Assembly: GCF_964355755.1 (NCBI RefSeq)
Contig: NC_092676.1
Coordinates: 28,538,871 to 28,602,870, forward strand
DNA length: 64,000 nt
Source of the DNA: Antedon mediterranea
Taxonomy: Eukaryota > Animalia > Echinodermata
Direction: 5' to 3'
The notes under the pieces were generated by a model. That model did no database searches, had not been told where the DNA came from, and saw only the letters and a list, made by a program, of their open reading frames with translations. A program made the translations under genes and the position numbers. Of this stretch, positions 29,301 to 44,327 are shown in pieces. The number at the start of each line of letters is the position of its first letter. Position 1 is the stretch's first letter.

Positions 29301-32300
29301 GTTAAAATTAACCGTTTCTTTTGTTGATATTTTTTGTGAATAACTTTAATATCTGTGCAATGTACACAGGACCATGGCTTTACCTCAACCTTCTCACAGA
29401 CACTAGTGATAAAGACTCAATTTATAAGAGTGTGTGTTCCTATGTACTTAAGTATGTTGCGTACAGTTTCCATAGCAACTTACTTAACTAACACTCGACC
29501 GTTAAGTTTACATGAGAATCATAATGAGAACAATTAATTTGAATGCCATCAATTTCCATGAAATACACGAAGCTAAAAGACATTACGATGACATTAAATT
29601 GGCCTTTAACAAGTATTCTGTATTTAACAAAACCTACTAAAAACATGATAATAAAAAGAGTGGGATGACTTCCCAGAAGTCTGTGTTCTTTAAAGTATTA
29701 TTTTAAGATAAATAAAATATATTATCTCACTCTTCGAAGGGGAATAGGCTATCGGATTGTCCAAATAGCTAGGCACGAAATAGACCTAAAAAATCCATTG
29801 TGTAGGCCTTGAGTCAACCAGTGGTCTCCAATCTACCATTACAAATCTAATAATATATTCCAGATTTTTCATAACTGCAACTCTTTCTCGTTTTATTTAC
29901 GTGAACAAAGTGCTACTGGCTCAAAACTCAATGGTAGATCTCCTATAATGGAGACACCTTTAAGACCAAAACAAAATTGTATCCTAAACAGGTGTTGGTT
30001 GTAGTGTACATTTCTCCTTGTTCAATAGACGGGAAAGTGTCCCTTTTTTACAGGAGTGAGGTTCTACCATGGTGGTATAACAAGTATTTTTTGTATACCT
30101 TCCTAATTCTACTATGCTGCCAATGAAAAAAAGACACAAAAACTACTAAAAAATAAATTGCTTACCTTTAACAAGGCACTGTTCATTTCTTCAGTCTCTT
30201 CTTGTAGATCATCGTGATAACCTTTGACACGGGTCACTAATTTTTGTCGTTCTGATACTATGTCTGTGAGGGGTTCAGCAACATACAAGAGGAGGGAATT
30301 TGCTATATCAAAGTTATTCTGTAAAATAAAAAGATTCAAATGATTATAGTATGATTCATTATATTCCATCGCCTATCAAGTTAAAAGCAATTTTAAATGT
30401 TGCACAATGTATTGTTCTGTTTGAAATAATAAACATAAACAAATAATATTTGTTTATGTTATTTCAATACCATTAGACAAATACGCGAGTCCTATTACAA
30501 TGCTCTGTTTGTTTTTGCTTTTTTACTTTCTGTGTTTGTTAATAGTTTTATTTTCATTTGTTTTTTATTTATTTCAGCCTCTGTTTTATAATTATAAGGC
30601 ATCCTCTAATTGGCTTCTCGCTGTTGGGTGTTTTGTTAAATAAAATTTTGTTAATAAATTGCAATATCGGGAAAGATATTCTGAAGGGGCCTCATTCCCC
30701 CCTCCCTTCCCCCCTTTTGGTAATGAACATGCCAAAATAAAACACACAAATCATCATTTTTTCTTTATGTAAAACCCACGCAACCTGTTTGATTGAGGAG
30801 ACACTTTGTAAATGTTTACAAAGGGCAATAATGAAATTGTGTGTATGACATCATTAAATGTCTAATGAATTTAATCAAATTGATTTTATGGTGTCATTAA
30901 ACTGGAATGAATATAAAAAGAATTATTTACACCTGTTATCTAAGCCTGCAGACTTTTTTTCTTTGACATTTAAGATTTACCTGTATCATATAGACTTATA
31001 TCCCAATGACTGGATATCTCCACAAGTTATTCATTTTGTTACATAACTCTAAGTTCACATTTAAACTGGAGTTTAAATCAATAATTTAAGGAACTATAAG
31101 TTGTTTAAACAAATCTGAATTGAGAACATTAATGTTTTAAGAGGTACTGTAGGTAATGTTAAACCTTGAAACAACTTTATGATTAAAATAATTCTTAAAA
31201 GTACAGAAATTACAGGGTTACTAATATGTTAATTCAATTATTCATATGAATTATTAACATTATCGTGAATATTCATAGAGTATTCATAAAACTTATATAA
31301 CATTAATATTTCATGTAGTTTAATATACTAGGAATTGTTCAGTATTTATATACAGAATAATATAATATTCAAATATTCGTTTATGTTGTGAAACTATAGC
31401 TAAACATTTATTACTATTTTCTATAATTCATACAGTCAAATGTCTTAAAATCATAAAATGAATTTCATAATGTAATTTTCTAGGAACATACACTTATAAT
31501 GGTTTTTTATGTATTTTCACAATGATTAAGTTTGTCCTTTTCACCAGATATAAAATAACATTTGTTTTTAATACAGTTTTAGTTTTAAATGTGACAAAAA
31601 ATAAACCCAAGTAATATTCCAAGTGATCAAATTGATACCTATTAGGTGTTACAGGAAAAAAATTATGTAAATCTTGTGGGACATTGACTAGCATAGGCCT
31701 ACTGCAAAAATGCCAATTTATCAGCCCCCGCTATTCTGTCATAGAGGGCTCTCTTAACGGATGAGTAAATACATGTAGACTGTAATTATATATTATTATC
31801 ATATTTTGATTGTGTTTGAGAATATAAATATATATAGAGCTTATAAATAATATTGTACTGTAACTTATTTTGTATTTTTGTATGCTATTAGAGTTAGAGC
31901 ACCTGGGTATTTATTTGATAGACAATTGGTAATAATAGATTAGAGTGGAGACTATTTGAAGCTTCTTAAACATGTAGTTTAACTATCTATCAAATATATT
32001 ATATCTTTTCTATAGAGCTTTAATTAACTAGCATAGAATCCATCTATGTTCCCACTCACACTCATTTTTCTATTAACTATTCAGTTTAGAATTAAAACTA
32101 CTGACAAAAACAATTAACTATTAAAGTTCATTTCATATAATTTAATGATGATTTATAGAGTCTCATGTTCTATAAACTATGCATGACAAATTGGACATGA
32201 CGCGAATGAGATTGGACATGACGCGAATAAGATTGGACATGACGCGAATGAGATTGGACATGACGCGAATGAGATTGGACATGACGCGAATGAGATTGGA

Positions 32301-35300
32301 CATGACGCGAATGAGATTGGACATGACGCGAATGAGATTGGACATGACGCGAATGAGATTGGACATGACGCGAATGAGATTGGACATGACCGAATGAGAT
32401 TGGACATGACGCGAATGAGATTGGACATGACGCGAATGAGATTGGACATGACGCGAATGAGATTGGACATGACGCGAATGAGATTGGACATGACGCGAAA
32501 GAGATTGGACATGACGCGGATGAGATTGGACATGACGCGGATGAGATTGGACATGACGCGGATGAGATTGGACATGACGCGAATGAGATTGGACATGACG
32601 CGAATGAGATTGGACATGACGCGAATGAGATTGGACATGACGCGGATGAGATTGGACATGACGCGGATGAGATTGGACATGACGCGGATGAGATTGGACA
32701 TGACGCGGATGAGATTGGACATGACGCGAATGAGATTGGACATGACGCGAATGAGATTGGACATGACGCGAATGAGATTGGACACGACGCGAATGAGATT
32801 GGACACGACGCGAATGAGATTGGACACGACGCGAATGAGATTGGACACGACGCGAATGAGATTGGACATGACGCGAATGAGATTGGACATGATGCGAATG
32901 AGATTGGACATGATGCGAATGAGATTGGACATGACGCGAATGAGATTGGACATGACGCGAATGAGATTGGACATGACGCGAATGAGATTGGACATGACGC
33001 GAATGAGATTGGACATGACGCGAATGAGATTGGACATGATGCGAATGAGATTGGACATGATGCGAATGAGATTGGACATGACGCGAATGAGATTGGACAT
33101 GACGCGAATGAGATTGGACATGATGCGAATGAGATTGGCGATAATTAACCTCATTCAGTGTGTAGGCTTTGACATTTCCTACTTGTTTTTCATAAACAAA
33201 TCCAGATTAAAAATAAATTATCCGTCATATAATTTCGCCCACCAAAACACATTTGCTGTAGATTTGAATATATTTGTTTATGATTAGATTTCCAGTGCAA
33301 TATTGTCTGTAGTGCAATATTGTTTGTAGTGCAATATTATCTGTAAAGTGCAATATTATCTGTAAAGTGCAATATTGTCTGTAGTGCCTTATTGTTTGTA
33401 GTGCCTTATTGTTTGTAGTGCAATATTGTTTGTAGTGCCTTATTGCTTGTAGTGCAATATTGTTTGTAGTGCCTTATTGTTTGTAGTGCCTTATTGTTTG
33501 TAGTGCCTTATTGTTTGTAGTACAATATTGTTTGTAGTGCCTTATTGTTTGTAGTGCAATATTGTTTGTAGTGCCTTATTGTTTGTAGTGCCTTATTGTT
33601 TGTAGTACAATATTGTTTGTAGTGCAATATTGTTTGTAGTGCCTTATTGTTTGTAGTGCCTTATTGTTTGTAGTGCAATATTGTTTGTAGTGCAATATTG
33701 TTTGTAGTGCAATATTGTTTGATAGTGCCTTATTGTTTGTAGTGCAATATTGTTTGTAGTGCAATATTGTTTGTAGTACAATATTGTTTGTAGTGCCTTA
33801 TTGTTTGTAGTGCCTTATTGTTTGTAGTGCAATATTGTTTGTAGTGCAATATTGTTTGTAGTGCCTTATTGTTTGTAGTGCCTTATTGTTTGTAGTACAA
33901 TATTGTTTGTAGTGCAATATTGTTTGTAGTGCAATATTGTTTGTAGTGCCTTATTGTTTGTAGTGCCTTATTGTTTGTAGTACAATATTGTTTGTAGTGC
34001 CTTATTGTTTGTAGTGCCTTATTGTTTGTAGTGCCTTATTGTTTGTAGTGCCTTATTGTTTGTAGTGCAATATTATTTGTAGTGCCTTATTGCTTGTAGT
34101 GCCTTATTGTTTGTAGTGCCTTATTGTTTGTAGTGCAATTTGTTTGTAGTGCAATATTGTTTGTAGTGCCTTATTGTTTGTAGTGCCTTATTGTTTGTAG
34201 TGCCTTATTGTTTGTAGTACAATATTGTTTGTAGTGCAATATTGTTTGTAGTGTAATATTGTTTGTAGTGCCTTATTGCTTGTAGTGCCTTATTGTTTGT
34301 AGTGCCTTATTGTTTGTAGTGCAATTTGTTTGTAGTGCAATATTGTTTGTAGTGCCTTATTGTTTGTAGTGCCTTATTGTTTGTAGTGCCTTATTGTTTG
34401 TAGTACAATATTGTTTGTAGTGCAATATTGTTTGTAGTGCAATATTGTTTGTAGTACAATATTGTTTGTAGTGCCTTATTGTTTGTAGTGCAATATTGTT
34501 TGTAGTGCCTTATTGTTTGTAGTGCCTTATTGTTTGTAGTGCAATATTGTTTGTAGTGCCTTATTGTTTGTAGTGCCTTATTGTTTGTAGTACAATATTG
34601 TTTGTAGTGCCTTATTGTTTGTAGTGCCTTATTGTTTGTAGTGCCTTATTGTTTGTAGTGCAATATTGTTTGTATTACAATATTGTTTGTAGTGCCTTAT
34701 TGTTTGTAGTGCAATATTGTTTGTAGTACAATATTGTTTGTAGTGCCTTATTGTTTGTAGTGCCTTATTGTTTGTAGTGCCTTATTGTTTGTAGTGCAAT
34801 ATTGTTTGTAGTACAATATTGTTTGTAGTGCCTTATTGTTTGTAGTGCCTTATTGTTTGTAGTGCCTTATTGTTTGTAGTGCAATATTGTTTGTAGTGCC
34901 TTATTGTTTGTAGTGCCTTATTGTTTGTAGTGCCTTATTGTTTGTAGTGCCTTATTGTTTGTAGTACAATATTGTTTGTAGTGCCTTATTGTTTGTAGTG
35001 CCTTATTGTTTGTAGTGCCTTATTGTTTGTAGTGCCTTATTGTTTGTAGTGCAATATTGTTTGTAGTACAATATTGTTTGTAGTGCCTTATTGTTTGTAG
35101 TGCCTTATTGTTTGTAGTGCCTTATTGTTTGTAGTGCAATATTGTTTGTAGTGCCTTATTGTTTGTAGTGCCTTATTGTTTGTAGTGCCTTATTGTTTGT
35201 AGTGCCTTATTGTTTGTAGTACAATATTGTTTGTAGTGCCTTATTGTTTGTAGTGCCTTATTGTTTGTAGTGCCTTATTGTTTGTAGTGCAATATTGTTT

Positions 35301-38300
35301 GTAGTACAATATTGTTTGTAGTGCCTTATTGTTTGTAGTGCAATATTGTTTGTAGTACAATATTGTTTGTAGTGCCTTATTGTTTGTAGTGCCTTATTGT
35401 TTGTAGTGCCTTATTGTTTGTAGTGCCTTATTGTTTGTAGTGCCTTATTGTTTGTAGTGCCTTATTGTTTGTAGTACAATATTGTTTGTAGTACAATATT
35501 GTTTGTAGTGCCTTATTGTTTGTAGTGCCTTATTGTTTGTAGTGCCTTATTGTTTGTAGTGCAATATTGTTTGTAGTGCAATATTGTTTGTAGTACAATA
35601 TTGTTTGTAGTGCAATATTGTTTGTAGTGCCTTATTGTTTGTAGTGCCTTATTGTTTGTAGTGCCTTATTGTTTGTAGTACAATATTGTTTGTAGTGCCT
35701 TATTGTTTGTAGTGCAATATTGTTTGTAGTGCCTTATTGTTTGTAGTGCCTTATTGTTTGTAGTTACCGTATGAATAAATTCAATCATTTTAAAACCAAC
35801 GGTCTAGTTGCAATCTTCTTTATAGAAAATGCTACAACAGTGCATCATGTGACCTTTGCCTTGCCCAAAAACTTACGTCATAATTACACCAAGTAATTTC
35901 TTTTTTTCTTAAAAGCTAGCGGAGATGCGTTCACCTTGGAAGAAAGGTCCTTATTAGCAAACACTCTTTGTCTCTCCCATGTAATTACTCCGTTACAAAT
36001 TTCAAGTACTTATTTTTTATTTAAGTAATGACGTCAAAAGATCAGCCGTCTCATATCATCAAAGACTGGTGTATGTGTGTGCTTGAGGGAGATTCGTCAA
36101 CTTATTCCATGGGGAATAACACGGAAAAGATCAGTTATAGGTGTACGTAACAGCACTTTTAAATTTAATACTAAGCACAAACTAGAATATTTCATTTACA
36201 AATCTAACTCTACTTCAATTTATTTAATACTCTAATGGCAATAATTTAACAACCCATAAATTTCAAAGAACATCAATAAGTCATAAAAAACATAGTTTTT
36301 AAGTGTTGTATTGGAACAACTGCAGAATGTCATTTACAAATCTAGTCCTAGTTACATTTTAATCATTCCCACGATGACAAATGTCCCAATTCTTGTAATC
36401 TCGCCGAGAGGGTGTTACAAACCGCTGTGACACACTTTATAAATAATCTAACACAAATCTAGACACCCATCAAGTCCATCAAAAAGATTTGCCAAATTGA
36501 TAATCAACCACGCATTTTGTTTGGAGAAAACCGATCAATCAACGTATTCAGTGCAATACGCATATCCTGTCGTTGTTGATACAGAAATCAAATCAAAATT
36601 GTAAACAAATTTGATGATGCTACATTAAGGCAGACACAAAGATTTTCAACCGTATATGTCTTTCTCTAGTGATGCAGAATATACTGTAGCTGTTATTACA
36701 AATATGATAAGTGATGCTTTTAGTTCATAAACATGAAGTATATACACGGTTGCAAGATAGTGTAGTGGAGTTGTAGCTTGGTGGTTAACGTGCTTGCCTT
36801 CCAATCTCAAGGACTGGGGTTCAATCCTGACCTAGTGCCAGGTTGTAACTCATGACTTTTTCAACTCTACTCCCTAAGCCTCAAATGAGACTTAGTTTAT
36901 AAGCATGATAAATTATAAAATAAGATTATCCATCCTGTAATTAGCGAGTTTGTGTTCGCTGTTGGATGAGTATGAAATAATAAATAAAAAAGTACACTAC
37001 AATAACTGACAGTTTGGGCATCAATGGAAAGAGGCGAAGGATAGCAGAAACAATGAAGAAAATCCAACAACACTAGGGATACCCCAACTGATAGGGAGAG
37101 AGAGATTGAGAAGAGACATGCTAAAGCTCTGTCTACACTATCAAACTAGTTTGACAACAAAAGTGTAATGTGCCCAAATATGGTAGTGATATGCCCAAAT
37201 ATGGTAGTGATATGCCCAAATATGGTAGTGATATGACATCATCATGTAGTGCAGACAGAGCTTTAGATTTTCTTCCACACTATCCGACTATCATGACGAT
37301 GACAATTTTAAATTTCTTCAATGAATATTTAATATTCTTATTGACACATTTTAATTTTTTAATGCGTGATATCAAATTATGATCATCTCAAAAATTGACT
37401 GAAAGGAATTAGTTACTACGCCATTGATCTCAAATGGACTGATTTTGAGTGTTGAAAGTAGCCAAATTTGAGCTATTATTTGTAAACAATAAAATATGGT
37501 ACTACAGTACTACAGTATTACTTTTTTCATTATTTCCAAACACATAAATTAACCATATGGAATGTAAGTTGTTGATATTTCACTCATTAGTGGATATTAA
37601 CGGGTAATTGAGTATAATTAGGATTGGTTTGCTTTCACCACGATTTATGGTAATCATCGCGGAATTAAAAGATAAATGATTTTACTTTTAATATATCATA
37701 ATTCTAATCATGTCATATTATAATGTTTGAACATTTGACCCGGAAAACATCTGTTTTTGAGCAAACAGATTTATAATCTAGTCGATTGATTACTAGCGTA
37801 GAAAACAGTATTTAGTGTGTTGTCGTATATTGCTTGTATTTGTGCATGTTTGTATGGTGTTTTACCTGCACCGCTGCCTGGTATTCTTCTAACATGGCGT
37901 CCCAACATCTTAGTAAAGGCGTTCTTTCTTTCGATCTACAACAGAAAATAAAATTGTATGATCTATGTTTAGTCACAATGGGCATTATAGTAGTAGAGTA
38001 TTAGTTACATGTCGCCAATGTTCAATGAATGTCGAGCATACAGATACAAAATGATGATTATCTTGAATAGAATAACAATGGAAGAGTATATGAAATAATT
38101 GTTTGACAAGAAACAAAGTACAATCTATGAATAGAAGGAAGCTTCTATTCTATCCACAATAAAACCCTGCCTACACTATCAAACTTTAGGTGACAAAAAT
38201 ATGTGATGTGGCCATATATGGACATGTCATAATTATGTATATTGGGCATATCACTACCACATTTCGGCACATCACACTTTTTTGTCAAACTAGTTTGATA

Positions 38301-41300
38301 TTGTAGATGAAGCTTTAGGATTTCCCAAATTTCGAAGTATGAGGATAGGTCTAACTAACTAGTGTTGCAACTAATATTAACTATAGCTACCAGTACCAGT
38401 GATGTAGCCACAAGAAATATGGTCCGGTTTTCGCAAGAAAAGGGAACAATCTCTGTTCAAGCCACTGGGTTTTCCAAGGCCTCTGTGAAAAAATGGTCAG
38501 GTTGAAACCTTACTAACCGTACTGGTGGCTAAGGCACTGGCTACAGTAACTGTCATATGGCCAAATATGTATTTTAATTTCAACTTATATTTCAATTTAA
38601 TACTAACCTGTCTTTGATTTTGTCGTTACTCTGTCGAAACATATACACCACGTTCTGCAGACTATTTGCATGTTGTTTATAAAGGTCGGAGATTTGTCGT
38701 GTAAATTCTGCAACTGTAAGAGAAGGAGCAATCATTAGGACCATAATTATACAGAAATATTCAATTAATTAAAATTATGTGTTTTGTGGCCCGGTATGTG
38801 CCCCAGCTAGGTATGTGCCCCAGCTAGGTATGTGCCCCAGCTAGGTATGTGCCTCGGCCCGGTATGTGCCCCAGCTAGGTATGTGCCCCAGCTAGGTATG
38901 TGCCCCAGCTAGGTATGTGCCCCAGCTAGGTATGTGCCCCAGCTAGGTATGTGCCCCAGCTAGGTATGTGCCCCAGCTAGGTATGTGCCCCAGCTAGGTA
39001 TGTGCCCCAGCTAGGTATGTGCCCCAGCTAGGTATGTGCCCCAGCTAGGTATGTGCCCCAGCTAGGTATGTGCCCCAGCTAGGTATGTGCCCCAGCTAGG
39101 TATGTGCCCCAGCTAGGTATGTGCCCCAGCTAGGTATGTGCCCCAGCTAGGTATGTGCCCCAGCTAGGTATGTGCCTCGGCCCGGTTTGTGTCCTGGCCA
39201 GGTGTGTGTCCCGGCCAGGTGTGTGTCCCGGCCCGGTGTGTTAAAAAACTCCTGAGTACAATCAATTTCATTGGTTTTAAAGAATTAGTTACCATAAAGA
39301 AACGCTATGATATTGAGTAATATTTTAATGAATTCACAAAGGTAATTATCCCAAGAAGTAGTACATGATAGAATAACTAATTATTGCATGTAGCTAAAAA
39401 TAAAAACAAGTAAAATTTATGTACTATTTGTTCACCATCACTCACACCTAGCCTACTGAAGTTAAATTGTACATTGTGCGAATTCAAATGTTGTCAATTG
39501 ACCATCTAGCATAAATTAATTAAATACAGTGTACATTTTGAGAATTCAAAAATTTGTTGACATCACCTTGAGCCCCTAGATTACTAATATTTTGCTACAG
39601 TAGTTGTCTATCTATAGATCTTCCGATTCTAAAATAGATTTATGTAGGAGATGTCTGGTTGATTAACCAATTTATATGTCTGATCATGAACGATTGCTTT
39701 ACTTATTGATTTGTGGACAAAAACAATGTCGTGGATTCATCATGACAGTCATAAATTTACAAAATTCTTTGTCTGCGATCCGTAATAAATAAATAATATA
39801 CAGGCAGGATACATAGAAAAAAATGTCAATATTGCTGTTTATTCTGCTTAAAATGTATAAAAATATATTGTTTCCAAAAACTTAGCTGTGGACATGTAAG
39901 TAATAACGAAAATGATAATAAATTCTGACTTAAATTCAATGCAGAAAGTAATTTTGTGTTGAAATAATAATAAAATTATAGTTTATACATCTTGCAAGTT
40001 GCTTGCTGTTGGATGAATTTGAAATAAAAAAATTATATTACAAATTTAATATTAAACAATTACAGTATAGAAATCATAGAAATTATATTAAAAAAAATAT
40101 TGTTGGCAAATTGTTGGATCCAGCGAGTCAGCTGCTCACCTCAAGTCTTAACGGTCTTTTACACCTGCTCTGGTTCTCAGTTCAAGTCAAGACAAGCAGT
40201 TTCTTTCAATGGGTTATGTAGAGAGTCATGTTACAAAGCTGTCTACACTATCAAACTAGTTTGACAAAAAAAGTGTGATGTGCCCAAATATAGTGGTGAT
40301 ATTCCCAAATATGGTAGTGATATGACATCATCATGTCCACATATTCGCACATCACCTTTTTTTGCCACATAACGTTTAATAGTGTAGACAGAGCTTTACA
40401 TATATGGGCACATCACATTTGTTTGTCACATAATGTTTGATAGTGTAGACAGAGCTCAAAATATTTTATTTTATAAACCTAGGATTGTTCACAACTGAGT
40501 TTTAAAAAAGTATATGATTAGAAAAGTGGGGACAATCACAACAAAAGCAATTTTACAGAGTGTTTTAATCTTCAATCAATAATGAATATATCTTTAATTT
40601 GAATGATTTTAAAGGTGTCACGTTGTTGTCGTCGCAGTTTAATGTCAAGGACTTTGACAGATAGATCCATGCCAATGAACTACAGCACTCTACACATTCT
40701 ATCAATGAAATGAAATGAAATGAAATTGAAAATGAAAATGAAAATGAAAATGAAAATGAAAATGAAAATGAAAATGAAAATGGAAATGGAAATGGAAATG
40801 GAAATGGAAATGGAAATGGAAATGGAAATGGAAATGGAAATGGAAATGGAAATGGAAATGGAAATGGAAATGGAAATGGAAATGGAAATGGAAATGGAAA
40901 TGGAAATGGAAATGGAAATGGAAATGGAAATGGAAATGGAAATGGAAATGGAAATGGAAATGGAAATGGAAATGGAAATGAAATGAAATGATATGTTAAA
41001 TCAATTTATTAAATGAATAAATAAATAATTTATAGATATTAAAAGTCAATAATTTAATACGAACATCACTATTACTATTTTTAGTCGCGTGAACGCGACT
41101 CAATAGTTCACTATGTCAGTCGGTCGGTCTGTCGGTCTGTCTGTCGGTCCGGTATCACTATGCGTTTTAGCATGCGACTTATGGCTGTTGGCCTGGTTTT
41201 TGTACATACTGTATTATCATTTATAACCTCATTATTTTTACATTTTTAGAAAACAATATTATTTTTATAATTAATAATAAACATCCAATTAATTATCTTT

Positions 41301-44287
41301 GATAGCTGTACTTGAAATAGATTTTATAAAAATAAGTATCAACAGCACTTCTGCTGAAGTTTTCCCTTTATTGTCTTTCTTTCTTAATAAATTAAATTGG
41401 AGTTTTGTTTAAATGCAGTGTGTTCAGATATTCAAACATCCAACGATATAACCGGGAAAGGAAATTCCAATATCATTATATAAGTTTTTCCCGAATGATC
41501 ATACGATAAAAACGGTACTGTGTATATTGTCAACTAATTGATTTGGTCAGACTATCAGTAGGGTAACCATCATTTTGAGAATGCCATTTTTAACCGGTTA
41601 CTTAAAATTGGTTGTGTTTTTACTACCAACAAATTGTGGGTATTAATTTATTCAAATAGATTGGTTATTTGCTTGCAACAGAAACAAGCCTTTGGAGTAG
41701 TTCAACAATTCCTTATGTGTTGTATACATTCCTTTCATATTAATAACAATATTAATTTCATTGAATATTGATCAACTTTCAAGATAATACAGTATTGGTT
41801 AAAAAACACACGTAGGCGTAAAGTCCAGTTGTCGCAATTGTCAGCGATCGTGCTATTTTCATTTGTTTCCAACCTAATGTTGGTTTACAGTTACAAATAT
41901 TTGCGTCTGGGAGGGCATTGTATTTCATGAATATTTTTTATTTAAACCTCAAACACAATAGATAGTTGACCGGGCTAAAAATAGTTTAATGACAAGGTTT
42001 AAGAAGTCACTATGATTAAACTTACAGTACATTAAGTATGTTGTTTGTGCGCATCATACTCAATATACTGTAGTCTGAAGGATTGTTCCAGAAAAAAAAC
42101 ATGAAATATGAAGACTTTTAATAAATGCCATTTTTAATTTGACTATTTAACATTTTTTTTTTTTTTTTTTTCCCGATCCAATTTTCTATTATTATGTGAT
42201 ATTAAAATGGCATTAAAAAATATTTCAATATTTTTTAGGGGGACAATGTATCTTTAATAAAAAATAATAATTTTAAATTACTGTATGTTTTATAACTCTT
42301 GTGTCCAAATACCACACAATGGAGTTATGTATAGGCTACATATTGTGTAACTAAACACATATTCTTTAGTCAAACTTAGTAGTTAATGGTGTCAGACTAC
42401 ATTCACAGTGTTAAACAATAGAACACGTAAATATCACTTAAAGAAGATCTTAAAACGGCATTTAATTTTATCGCGTAATCTAACACGAAACAAAATGCAA
42501 TCAGCAGCATCGCGATATTAATGTCATCTGAATGATTTGTATCATTATTACTTCACGTCAGCTGATCAGATGATAAGTATTAGCAAATTTGAGACAAATA
42601 TGAAATGTTAAGACCTGACACCGAACGTGAAGGTTTTTGAAATAGATTAGTTAATTGATTTTACACATTCTTTGCATGCTAAGCACGCTGTCAATGAATG
42701 ATGATGTCATGCAAGGACTGCTGCAGTACTGTCTTTATGTTGCTAATCACAAAAGATGCAATAATCGAAAGGAGACAACAATATTGATGAAGACATGATA
42801 CGATAGTGCTATCATAATAATGACAATTTGTTGATGATAATATTGATAATGATAGTGTTATCACATCCTAATGATGACAATTTGTTGATGATAAAACTAA
42901 TAATGATAGAGTGCTATCACATCATAATGATGACAATTTGTTGATGATAATATTGATAATGATAGTGTTATCACATCCTAATGATGACAATTTGTTGATG
43001 ATAAAACTAATAATGATAGAGTGCTATCACATCATAATGATGACAATTTGTTGATGATGATATTGATGATATAGTGTTATCACATCCTAATGATGACAAT
43101 TTGTTGATGATAATATTGATAATGATAGTGTTATCACATCATAATGATGACAATTTGTTGATGATAAAACTAATAATGATAGAGTGCTATCACATCATAA
43201 TGATGACAATTTGTTGATGATGATATTGATGATATAGTGTTATCACATCCTAATGATGACAATTTGTTGATGATAAAACTAATAATGATAGAGTGCTATC
43301 ACATCATAATGATGACAATTTGTTGATGATAAAATTGATAATGATAGTGTTATCACATCATAATGATGACAATTTGTTGATGATAATATTGATAATGATA
43401 GTATTATCATATCATAATGATGACAATTTGTCGATGATAATATTGATAATGACCTCATTATGCAGATACAAGATTTCGGAAAAGAAAGAAGGAGGGCTTT
43501 TATTTTAATGTTATGAATTAATTTAAGGTTTTATTTCCTTTGAATTTACTAATATTTTTATCTTCATGTATTGCTACTGGGTTAGCTATAGAGATTCAGT
43601 TTTCTCTCTTTTTTATTTATTTTTTATGTCATACGCATCTAACAGCAAGCAAAAACTCACCAATTACAGGATGGATAAACTATTTTCGTGCTTATAGACT
43701 AAGTCTCATTTAAGGATTAGGGAGTGCTGTTGAAATAGTCATGGGTTACAACCCTGGCACTAGGTTAGGGATTGGAAGGCAAGCATGTTAACCACCCAGC
43801 TACAGCTCCAATGACTTTTTTATGTTTCCTAACAATCTACTTATACATTGCCTATTGTTATTTGTATTTGGCTTGTAGTGCAGTATATTTTTCTTGGCAA
43901 TATTAAATAATAATATAAAAGATGATAGGTTACCTATGATGGTAATTATGATATTATAAATTGGTAGATGACAGCAATATATTGTAAATTCTAATTCCAG
44001 AAATTACTTATTAATTTTATTTACAATCACCAGATCTATTGGTTCTATATCAACAATTGTTGAAATCGCCTAATAAACAGGTCATTAGTAAAGTCACATG
44101 GTATAAAGTAGTTACATTTCCAATAAAATGGAATATTATTACAGTTATTGACTTTTAGATACATATATTATGTTCCACAGACCAATTATTATTTAAATAG
44201 TACAATAGTATTTAATGTCCCATAATATAATGGAGTAAATATGGAATTAAACCGGATAATTACCGTAATACCGTAGCATTAAAAAAA

Positions 44288-44327
<40 letters not shown>

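Noticed and set aside
20150-33287. Long ORFs of 120-325 aa over the tandem arrays (also 364-616, 17756-18858, 40720-40986)
   Set aside because: They are open in several frames and on both strands because the repeat units lack stops; they are intronic and have no splice or start support.
33294-35764. CRISPR-like appearance of the regular repeats
   Set aside because: The units are directly adjacent with no unique spacers, there are no cas genes, and the context is eukaryotic.
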